IMG/VR virus record: IMGVR_UViG_3300025789_000022
Length of the DNA: 64,000 nt
From: an uncultured virus (IMG/VR IMGVR_UViG_3300025789_000022)
Taxonomy: Duplodnaviria > Heunggongvirae > Uroviricota > Caudoviricetes
Strand: one strand, 5' to 3'
Shown here: positions 30,207-36,911 of the stretch, piece by piece
Layout of the letters: the number at the start of each line of letters is the position of its first letter
Position numbering within the stretch: position 1 is the first letter of the stretch
Made by a program: the position numbers and the translations under genes
The notes under the pieces: model-generated
What the model saw: the letters and a program-made list of their open reading frames with translations, nothing else
Database searches by the model: none
What the model was told of the DNA's origin: nothing

Positions 30207-30851
30207 ATGGATGATTTACCAACCTTTCCTTTTATCTCAGAAGAAATACTTTTTGATGAAGGACCAGTACCAACACCAGAAAATATTATAATTCTTTATT
30301 ATCCTAATGCTAGTGGTAATTTTTTAGCACGAGTTTTAAGTTGTTCAAATAATCTTTATGGTGAAGATTATGCAGATTTTATAAAAAATAATTATAGTAC
30401 TTTGGAAAATAAAAATAAAATATGGGAAAAATCATATGAAGGATCATATCATCCTTTATTTTCAACAGTACATCCACGCTTCTATAACTTTGATGAATTT
30501 TTAAAATTTCCAAAAATAGTTCATATTAATTACACGCTATCTGATCAAGAAACTTCGTTAATTAAATTTCGTAGAAAATTTACTAAAACATCTGCTACAT
30601 GTCCATATCTTGCTGATTTACAGATACGTTATGAAATAGAATTAATGAAATTTTTTAAAAATATTAACAAAGAAATTTATAGTTTCCCGTTTAGTGCATT
30701 TTTAAATGCTAAAATTTTTGCACAGGAAGTTAATAAATTATTATTGCATCTTGATCTTGAAATTATAAAAGAAAACATTATTGTAGATTTGTATAATTTT
30801 TGGTGGAAACTCAATATTAGATTGTATAAGAATACCACGGTAAATTTGTAG
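30207..30851 (+). CDS. AT-rich hypothetical protein, sulfotransferase-like N-terminus
   Basis: YYPNASGNFLARVL; start reassigned to 30207 (TAAATA-N4-ATG) because the longer ORF overlaps tRNA-Arg. Confidence 0.6.
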   Translation: MDDLPTFPFISEEILFDEGPVPTPENIIILYYPNASGNFLARVLSCSNNLYGEDYADFIKNNYSTLENKNKIWEKSYEGSYHPLFSTVHPRFYNFDEFLKFPKIVHINYTLSDQETSLIKFRRKFTKTSATCPYLADLQIRYEIELMKFFKNINKEIYSFPFSAFLNAKIFAQEVNKLLLHLDLEIIKENIIVDLYNFWWKLNIRLYKNTTVNL

Positions 30852-30860
30852 GCATTATAT

Positions 30861-30936
30861 TGGTGAACGCTGTGGGGTTCGAACCCACGACAACAGGTTT
30901 AAAAGACCCGTACTCTACCAACTGAGTTAAGCGTTC
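30861..30936 (-). tRNA. tRNA-Lys(TTT)
   Basis: Loop cttttaa, CCA. Confidence 0.95.
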
Positions 30937-31036
30937 TAAATTTGTAAGTCAATGCGCAGCCCCCAACTATCGCCCACATTGTGACACATCCCATGGCCAT
31001 TGCCGATTGCTTACTGTGCCTTACCGTCTTTTATAT

Positions 31037-31113
<77 letters not shown>

Positions 31114-31123
31114 TTAAAATTTT

Positions 31124-31197
31124 GCCTGTCGTATGGGGGTCGAACCCATCTCTCAACCGACTCCGCAGTTGTATCCTATCCCATAGACGAACGACCA
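31124..31197 (-). ncRNA. tRNA-like / pseudo-tRNA with Glu-type body and aberrant anticodon loop
   Basis: TTCGTCTA..GG..AGGA D arm, atggg-TTCGACC-cccat T arm, no CCA. Confidence 0.6.
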
Positions 31198-31224
31198 ATA
31201 GGTTCATGACCCTACTGTTGGCAA

Positions 31225-31312
31225 ACTGTTGGCATTTGTTGCGTTAGATGATTGCTCATCTGCTCCCCTACCATCTCCGTAGGTGCTTCACAAGCAGTGC
31301 CATACTGCTACA
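31225..31312 (-). ncRNA. Putative multi-hairpin structured RNA
   Basis: tgct/agca, cctac/gtagg, agatga/tcatct hairpins closed by tggca/tgcca. Confidence 0.5.
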
Positions 31313-31316
31313 ATTT

Positions 31317-31393
31317 TGGTTGCGGTGGGGAAGATTTGAACTTCCGATCTCCAGTTTATGAGACTGGCGAGATGACCACTTCTCTACCCCGCA
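31317..31393 (-). tRNA. tRNA-Met(CAT), initiator-like body
   Basis: Loop ctcataa, TTCAAAT T loop, GCAACCA end; one bulged A in acceptor stem. Confidence 0.88.
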
Positions 31394-31401
31394 ATAAATT
31401 T

Positions 31402-31489
31402 TGGTGGGACGGGTAGGATTCGAACCTACTCCGTTTCTATGTAACGGGTTTACAGCCCGCCGCCCATCCGCCGTCTGAGCAGCCGTCCC
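31402..31489 (-). tRNA. tRNA-Tyr(GTA)
   Basis: Loop ctgtaaa, long variable region, CCA. Confidence 0.93.
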
Positions 31490-31535
31490 AATATCTTTAT
31501 AATAGCATATTATATTCTTTTGTCAAGCACTATTT

Positions 31536-31610
31536 TGGTACCGTCTACTGGTATCGATCCAGTTCTACGAGTGCCACAAACTCGTGTGCAACCTTTAACA
31601 CTTAGACGGC
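31536..31610 (-). tRNA. tRNA-His(GTG), no G-1, G1:U72, A73
   Basis: Stem cgagt/actcg, loop ttgtggc, CCA. Confidence 0.92.
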
Positions 31611-31657
31611 TCATATTATTAATATAACATGATTTTGCAGATTGTCAATGGAAAAAT

Positions 31658-31731
31658 TGGAGCGGCTAGCCAGAATCGAACTGGCGAATCTTCGTTGGCA
31701 ACGAAGCAGGTTACCTCTACATCATAGCCGC
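31658..31731 (-). tRNA. tRNA-Gly(GCC)
   Basis: Loop ttgccaa, U73, CCA. Confidence 0.95.
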
Positions 31732-31753
31732 ATCATTTGTATATATCATTTGT

Positions 31754-31828
31754 TGGCGCTCTCCCCAAGATTCGAACTTGGAACTAAAGTTTCGTAGACT
31801 TATGTGATATCCATTTCACCAAGAAAGC
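31754..31828 (-). tRNA. tRNA-Arg(ACG)
   Basis: Loop ctacgaa, CCA. Confidence 0.93.
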
Positions 31829-31835
31829 ATTATTT

Positions 31836-31913
31836 TGGTAGACCGTGTAGGATTTGAACCTACGTTGACGGAGATTAAGAGTCTCCCGCTAGAACCAACT
31901 CAGCTAACGGTCC
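31836..31913 (-). tRNA. tRNA-Lys(CTT)
   Basis: Loop ctcttaa, CCA. Confidence 0.93.
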
Positions 31914-31920
31914 ATATGAT

Positions 31921-31996
31921 TGGTACCCAAGGTTGGATTTGAACCAACGACCCACGCCTTATGAGAGCGTTGCCACTACCGCTGTGCTACTTGGGT
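31921..31996 (-). tRNA. tRNA-Met or Ile2 (CAT)
   Basis: Loop ctcataa, CCA; identity not resolvable by eye. Confidence 0.88.
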
Positions 31997-32004
31997 ATTA
32001 AAAT

Positions 32005-32160
32005 TGAGCAAGGCAAGGGGAGTCGAACCCTCTAGCACGTCTGATGTTACCAGCATCTTATCGCACCACTGCATAATTAACCTGTTTTAGGTTCAAATGC
32101 AGCCTACAGCCATATTTCTAATTAAATCTGGTAAATCTAATTATACTTTATCCTGTGCCA
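32005..32160 (-). ncRNA. ~155-nt RNA with tRNA-like T arm at 3' end
   Basis: aggg-TTCGACT-cccct T arm, internal stems tgcat/atgca, aacct/aggtt, gatg/catc. Confidence 0.5.
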
Positions 32161-32165
32161 AGTTT

Positions 32166-32241
32166 TGGTTGGCATCACTGGAATTGCACCAGTACTCTCT
32201 CGATTATCAGTCGAGTGCTTTACTAATTAAGCTAGACGCCA
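32166..32241 (-). tRNA. tRNA-Ile(GAT)
   Basis: Loop ctgataa, CCA; variant T loop TGCAATT. Confidence 0.9.
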
Positions 32242-32266
32242 GTGATTTAAAGAAGATTATTAGTTA

Positions 32267-32965
32267 TTAATTGGCAACGAATAAAACGTTGTTTTCCAAT
32301 GTCATTGCAATGTTATAACCAAATGATGTCATATAATTTTGAACATCATCGTTGCTAAATCCATATGCAGTGCAAACATCATTTATTTCCAACATAATTG
32401 CTGGTTTAAATTTGTTTATTAATTCGTTTGCACCTTGAAGGATAAACATTTCATAGCCTTCTGCATCTAACTGAATTAAATCACAGTGTTCCAAAGAAAG
32501 GTCATCCAAGCGCATTGCGGTTACTGTTTCTGCATTAACTTCATCATGATTTATATCATGAATGATTCTTTCTACAATCCAACTAGCGCCAAGATTTTCA
32601 GGATTATGTACGTTTATGCTAAGTGTTCCGCTGGTATCACTTAATGCTGCATGATATGCAGTAATATTAGTAACTGCATGCAACTCAATGTTTTTTGTTA
32701 AACATTCAAACATTGTTGCGCCTGGTTCAAATGTAATTACGTTATCAAAACTTTTTGCTAACTTTATTGGCCAGATGCCACCATTGCCACCTGCTTGTAT
32801 AGCAACTCGTTTATTAGGAATCAATGGTAAAATTTCATCAATTTGTGTTGATGAATCTGAACAAGATGACCATCCAATACTGTCATTTTCAGTCCACCAA
32901 AAATCTTGAATTTCCCAGAGTTGACTATCTTTGTTAAAAGTTTTTGATTCTCTAATTTCCATCAT
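32267..32965 (-). CDS. FkbM-family methyltransferase
   Basis: IQAGGNGG, FEP, LIQLDAEGYE, PAIMLE. Confidence 0.9.
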   Translation of the reverse strand: MMEIRESKTFNKDSQLWEIQDFWWTENDSIGWSSCSDSSTQIDEILPLIPNKRVAIQAGGNGGIWPIKLAKSFDNVITFEPGATMFECLTKNIELHAVTNITAYHAALSDTSGTLSINVHNPENLGASWIVERIIHDINHDEVNAETVTAMRLDDLSLEHCDLIQLDAEGYEMFILQGANELINKFKPAIMLEINDVCTAYGFSNDDVQNYMTSFGYNIAMTLENNVLFVAN

Positions 32966-32990
32966 ACTGTATTTAGCATGATATAAAAAT

Positions 32991-33067
32991 TGGTCCGCCC
33001 AGCGGGTGTCGATCCCGCTACTTCACCTTGAAAGGGTGGTGATATAGCCAGCGTTATCTATGGGCGG
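32991..33067 (-). tRNA. tRNA-Glu(TTC)
   Basis: Loop ctttcaa, CCA; T loop ATCGACA. Confidence 0.88.
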
Positions 33068-33080
33068 CGGATTGTAGTTT

Positions 33081-33142
33081 TGAGCGGCAGCGGGGAATCG
33101 AACCCCTTGGCTGTTAGTTAACGCAACCATGCAAACCACCGC
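33081..33142 (-). ncRNA. 62-nt D-armless tRNA-like RNA
   Basis: Acceptor gcggtgg/ctgccgc, T arm gggg-TTCGATT-cccc, central stem ggttg/cagcc. Confidence 0.6.
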
Positions 33143-33143
33143 A

Positions 33144-33773
33144 TTAAATTGTTGATAATTTTTTTAATTCTCTGGTTTTTGCCAGAGATTCTCTTATTTT
33201 TTGTTTAGTTTCTTCACTTCTTGGTTTACCAAATTGAGAATTTTTTTCACCTTTTTGGTGTTCTTTTTCTCGATATGTTTTAATGCGTTTTGCATTAGAT
33301 TCTGGTGAGTGTGTTTTTTCTAAAGCTAATTTGTCAATTTCCCCACGAGAACCAAAATATGTTTTTTTAAATAATCCATTTTCATGTCTTTCTTTAAGAA
33401 GAGAAGATACATGTGGTAATTGTCTGCCAGATAGAGACTTTGATACCTTTTCATATATTGCTTCTTTATCTTTGTGATTATTATTTAATCCTGTACGATT
33501 AATATATCCAAATCCACCTTTCCCGCCATCACAGAGATTATAACTCATTTCATCTAAAACAACGAGTTCTTTTTCTTTATTTTTCATATCTTTTTCGTTA
33601 TCGAATATATGTAATATTTCTTTTTTAAAATTTTCAATTCCATATTTTTGTATGGCTCTTTTAATAAGTTTACCAGAACCCATATAATTGTCATTTATAT
33701 TTTCAGTTTGATGCATACCAATATAATATTTGTTGTTTATGATATTAGTAATTTTATAAATCGTATAAAACAT
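33144..33773 (-). CDS. GIY-YIG (Seg-like) homing endonuclease with NUMOD3-like C-terminus
   Basis: IYKITN..NNKYYIG, YMGSG, YNLCDGGKGG, GEKNSQFGKPRSEETKQKIRES. Confidence 0.92.
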   Translation of the reverse strand: MFYTIYKITNIINNKYYIGMHQTENINDNYMGSGKLIKRAIQKYGIENFKKEILHIFDNEKDMKNKEKELVVLDEMSYNLCDGGKGGFGYINRTGLNNNHKDKEAIYEKVSKSLSGRQLPHVSSLLKERHENGLFKKTYFGSRGEIDKLALEKTHSPESNAKRIKTYREKEHQKGEKNSQFGKPRSEETKQKIRESLAKTRELKKLSTI

Positions 33774-33778
33774 GCTGC

Positions 33779-33827
33779 CCTCGAATGTATAATAGTTTTA
33801 TTGACATTACTATTTATACATTCGAGG
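33779..33827 (-). promoter_or_regulatory. Late promoter TATAAATA inside an RBS-sequestering hairpin
   Basis: cctcgaatgTATAAATAg...ctattatacattcGAGG, ATG follows. Confidence 0.8.
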
Positions 33828-33835
33828 CGCTTATG

Positions 33836-33907
33836 CGACTCCAAGGGAGATCGAACCCCTATCCCCTGATAGACAGTCAAGGATAATAGCCATTATAAGA
33901 TGGAGCC
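33836..33907 (-). tRNA. tRNA-Asp(GTC), CCA not encoded
   Basis: Loop ctgtcta, acceptor ggctcca/tggagtc, G73. Confidence 0.88.
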
Positions 33908-34157
33908 TTTTGTTTTTATTTCAATAAAGTGGTCTCGTTTATCATAGTATAGACCATCAGGTTCGTCTTTTACTTCTTTGAAGAACCACCAATTGTGTAA
34001 ATTAGGGAAACCGCCCCATTCCTCTTTTGAATATATGGTGTATGTCTTTGTTAAAGTATGCAGACCGCCCATTACATAAACTGTAATATTGACGATGCGT
34101 CCATCTGTTGTTTCTAAGTACAGTCCCGTTGCATCTTGGTTACTCCTATTATAAAAA

Positions 34158-34234
34158 TGGTGCCCAAAGTCAGATTTGAACTGACAACATTCCGATTTTG
34201 AGTCGGACGCCTCTACCAATTGGACTATTCGGGC
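34158..34234 (-). tRNA. tRNA-Leu(CAA), short variable loop
   Basis: Loop ctcaaaa, A73, CCA. Confidence 0.92.
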
Positions 34235-34239
34235 ATTAA

Positions 34240-34315
34240 TGGTGCAAGGTCTAAGGATCGAACTCAGTTCTTTGGTGCTTCAAACCAACGCAATTACCAA
34301 ACTTGCTCACCTTGC
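34240..34315 (-). tRNA. tRNA-Phe(GAA)
   Basis: Loop ttgaagc, CCA. Confidence 0.92.
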
Positions 34316-34323
34316 ATTTAAGT

Positions 34324-34401
34324 TGGAGGGGAAGGTGGGAATCGAACCCACATAATGCGGTTTTGCAGACCGTGACGTAACCTTTCCGTGCACACTTCCC
34401 C
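34324..34401 (-). tRNA. tRNA-Cys(GCA)
   Basis: Loop ctgcaaa, U73, CCA. Confidence 0.92.
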
Positions 34402-34403
34402 AA

Positions 34404-35036
34404 TTATAGTTTATCTACGAACTCACGTAGTAGAGCATGATGACGACCACCATGATAGAACTGTGGCATATACTGCCATGTATCATACCAGTAGGCTTGG
34501 CTCTCAGGATGACAGCCGATGATACCTACATTGCCTTGGCGAATAGCCATAGCATCGCCGTTAGCATAGGTAGCAACAGTCTCAAACTTACGCTTGTTGC
34601 CAACCAATGCACAGCCATCATAGAAATACATGGCTTCCTTATCACCGTTCCACTCTACTTCTACCACGGTGCCGTATGGACGAGCCGTGCAAGCCTGTGG
34701 GCGGCGAATATACTGAACAGCATCTACGCCATCAAGCAGATTGAAATAGTGGCTACCAGCCCAGTAAGCGCCCATGCAGATGCCAAGATACTTGCCACCA
34801 TGCGCTACGAAGTCTTGGATCATCTCTACCTTGTCACCAAGCAGATGATCAAATGACTGACTGTCACCGATACCACCAGGAAATGCTATGATGTCAGCAT
34901 CACCTAAGACAGCGCCAAAGTCATCATCTACCCGAAAGGTCTCAACATCATATGCACCACTTAGGGCGGCAATAATGCCGTTTGTGGAGTCACGGGAGCA
35001 TTGTGGGTGATGGGAAAATAAGGCTATCTTGCGCAT
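34404..35036 (-). CDS. Class I glutamine amidotransferase-like (BPL-N type) protein
   Basis: FPGG, YLGICMGAY, CHPE (Cys-His-Glu triad). Confidence 0.85.
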   Translation of the reverse strand: MRKIALFSHHPQCSRDSTNGIIAALSGAYDVETFRVDDDFGAVLGDADIIAFPGGIGDSQSFDHLLGDKVEMIQDFVAHGGKYLGICMGAYWAGSHYFNLLDGVDAVQYIRRPQACTARPYGTVVEVEWNGDKEAMYFYDGCALVGNKRKFETVATYANGDAMAIRQGNVGIIGCHPESQAYWYDTWQYMPQFYHGGRHHALLREFVDKL

Positions 35037-35137
35037 ATAATTCTCCTGAACTGCGGTATATTACTAATATACCATAGTTAAAATTGTTGTCAAGTGTTAT
35101 TTTTTTGACAGGTTTGCCAATATTTTGACAGGAAATC

Positions 35138-35374
35138 TTAATTTTTTGACACTTTTTGGTATTGTTCGTACCAGAATTTGGATGAAATTCGCAGTTTTTG
35201 GTTGCTTTCCCGCACATATTCTAGCAGTGCTTTGGCAAGTATTTGCTGTTCATTGCGCCAATCATAGTTAGGCTCACTTGCCATCTTTTCAGTAAGGTCA
35301 ATTACCATGTCGATATAAGGACAGGTATCACTTGGAATAACTGGTTTCACAAGGGGTTTTGATGCTCTAGCCAT
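35138..35374 (-). CDS. Hypothetical protein
   Basis: 78 aa ORF behind a TTGACA/TATATT promoter. Confidence 0.65.
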   Translation of the reverse strand: MARASKPLVKPVIPSDTCPYIDMVIDLTEKMASEPNYDWRNEQQILAKALLEYVRESNQKLRISSKFWYEQYQKVSKN

Positions 35375-35416
35375 ATTACTAATATATCATGTTTTTTAAG
35401 GTTGTCAAGAGAAAAA

Positions 35417-35491
35417 TGGCACGAGTGTTCAGATTCGAACTGAAAACAACGGTTTTGGAGACCGTGATGATAACCATTTCACCACACTCGC
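35417..35491 (-). tRNA. tRNA-Trp(CCA)
   Basis: Loop ctccaaa, G73, CCA. Confidence 0.93.
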
Positions 35492-35591
35492 ACATTAAAT
35501 TTTGCCTTGCTGAAACCACCTGCATCCATTTGGAGCCAGTACTAGTCAAGGGTTGCTCTTATGCGTGGGGAGCAACATCCCGAAAACTTGT

Positions 35592-35750
35592 TTAATCTTG
35601 AACAGTAACCTGAGTCACTGTGGTCTTTTTATCCTTTAAGTTAGCCTTAATATTCTTCTTCAAGGCTTTCTCAAATAATTCTTTTTCTTTTTTAGTATCA
35701 TGCGATAGAATTGCATCATACATCTTTCTTAACAACTTTGGCCATTTCAT
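35592..35750 (-). CDS. Small basic protein (52 aa, MKWPKLLRKMYDAIL...; not in ORF track)
   Basis: AAGGAG SD 8 nt before ATG; first ORF after the attenuator. Confidence 0.7.
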   Translation of the reverse strand: MKWPKLLRKMYDAILSHDTKKEKELFEKALKKNIKANLKDKKTTVTQVTVQD

Positions 35751-35770
35751 GTACCGTACTCCTTAATAAT

Positions 35771-35801
35771 AAAAAACCCCCGAAACTTTCGTTTCAGGGG
35801 C
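35771..35801 (-). terminator. Intrinsic terminator of putative attenuator
   Basis: cccctgaaac-GAAA-gtttcggggg followed by TTTTTT. Confidence 0.9.
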
Positions 35802-35829
35802 TAAGTGCATACTCTAATGTGCGTTCACA

Positions 35830-35910
35830 TTAGGCACACGCCCCCTCAGTCCAGAAACCTTCTGGCATGCGGCAAATGTTATAATCATTGTGTTTAGGCG
35901 TGTTAGTCAT
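35830..35910 (-). CDS. Putative leader peptide MTNTPKHNDYNICRMPEGFWTEGACA
   Basis: GAGAG SD, 26 codons; last codons overlap antiterminator strand. Confidence 0.75.
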   Translation of the reverse strand: MTNTPKHNDYNICRMPEGFWTEGACA

Positions 35911-35931
35911 GTTTGCTCTCAATTTGTATTC

Positions 35932-35962
35932 TATTTATATATCATAATAATATATTTGTCAA
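35932..35962 (-). promoter_or_regulatory. Composite promoter: TTGACA-N17-TATAAA overlapping late TATAAATA
   Basis: Minus strand cTTGACAaatatattattatgataTATAAATAg. Confidence 0.75.
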
Positions 35963-35971
35963 GAACTTTTT

Positions 35972-36190
35972 TTATGCAATATTTAGGGTAGTTTTAGCAG
36001 CACTAACTGCATCTGCAATGTTAGTTGCACTGCCATCTAAACTGTTAAGCAAATTGTTTAGAACCGTAATTTCAGCACTGATTGCTGCTAGTTCATTTTG
36101 CTTAACTGCAAGTTCTAAAGTGATAGCAGAAATAGATGCCTTTAGGCTATCACTAATAGTTTGAATGTTTGCAATTTCGTCAGTAGTCAT
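35972..36190 (-). CDS. Small coiled-coil protein
   Basis: TAAATA and AGGAG SD upstream; heptad pattern. Confidence 0.65.
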   Translation of the reverse strand: MTTDEIANIQTISDSLKASISAITLELAVKQNELAAISAEITVLNNLLNSLDGSATNIADAVSAAKTTLNIA

Positions 36191-36275
36191 TGGGGTAACT
36201 CCTAGTGTTTGATATTAAATCTATTTAGGAAAACTTAACTTTATACATGATTGTAATTATTGTCAATAGAAAAAA

Positions 36276-36905
36276 TTACAAGATTTTTATATTATTGTAA
36301 TTTTTTTCTAACCATTCATTATAAAATTCTTCTAGATGATCATCGCACTTTAATAAAAATTTTGTTTCTAAAATTTGTCTAAAACTATTATAGTTTAGTA
36401 AATCTTCAAATTTTATAGGTTCTATTTGATAAAAATTAAAAATTTTCTTCCAAGATTTAATAGTTGCAATTTTTATTTTTTTCTTTTCTTTATTTTCTTT
36501 AATAGTAAATTCTTTACCGTTTCTAAAAATTTTTAAAGGAGTTTCATTGGTATAAATGTTAAGTTTTTGTAATCGATCATATAAATTTTCTTCGTAATTT
36601 TCATTATTGATATAATAAAATTTACTATTTTTAAAAACATTATCTAATAACGGTGAATAATAATGTGATGCCATACAATGATACGTTGTAAATTTATCAT
36701 CACAACTTCCAGTAATTGTTAATTTTTCAGAATAATTTTTAAATGAATCATAATTATTGTCTGGTCCATTAAATTGTCCAGATTCAAAAATTTTCAATTG
36801 ATTATTGATCTTATCATGCAAATAATTTACAGCAGAACATAAAAAATCTCCACCTCCACCTCCGTGATGAAATACAATAAATTTATTTTTTTGGATATCA
36901 ATCAT
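36276..36905 (-). CDS. Very AT-rich hypothetical protein, sulfotransferase-like N-terminus
   Basis: FHHGGGGGDFLCS motif resembling that of 30207..30851. Confidence 0.55.
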   Translation of the reverse strand: MIDIQKNKFIVFHHGGGGGDFLCSAVNYLHDKINNQLKIFESGQFNGPDNNYDSFKNYSEKLTITGSCDDKFTTYHCMASHYYSPLLDNVFKNSKFYYINNENYEENLYDRLQKLNIYTNETPLKIFRNGKEFTIKENKEKKKIKIATIKSWKKIFNFYQIEPIKFEDLLNYNSFRQILETKFLLKCDDHLEEFYNEWLEKNYNNIKIL

Positions 36906-36911
36906 ATTATA

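Noticed and set aside
31200..31315. HDV-like (theta) or hammerhead ribozyme after tRNA-Met
   Set aside because: Could not map the nested double pseudoknot or the CUGANGA/GAAA core by eye
32005..32160. tmRNA (including two-piece alphaproteobacterial form)
   Set aside because: No G3:U70 Ala acceptor or CCA end, and no tag reading frame recognised
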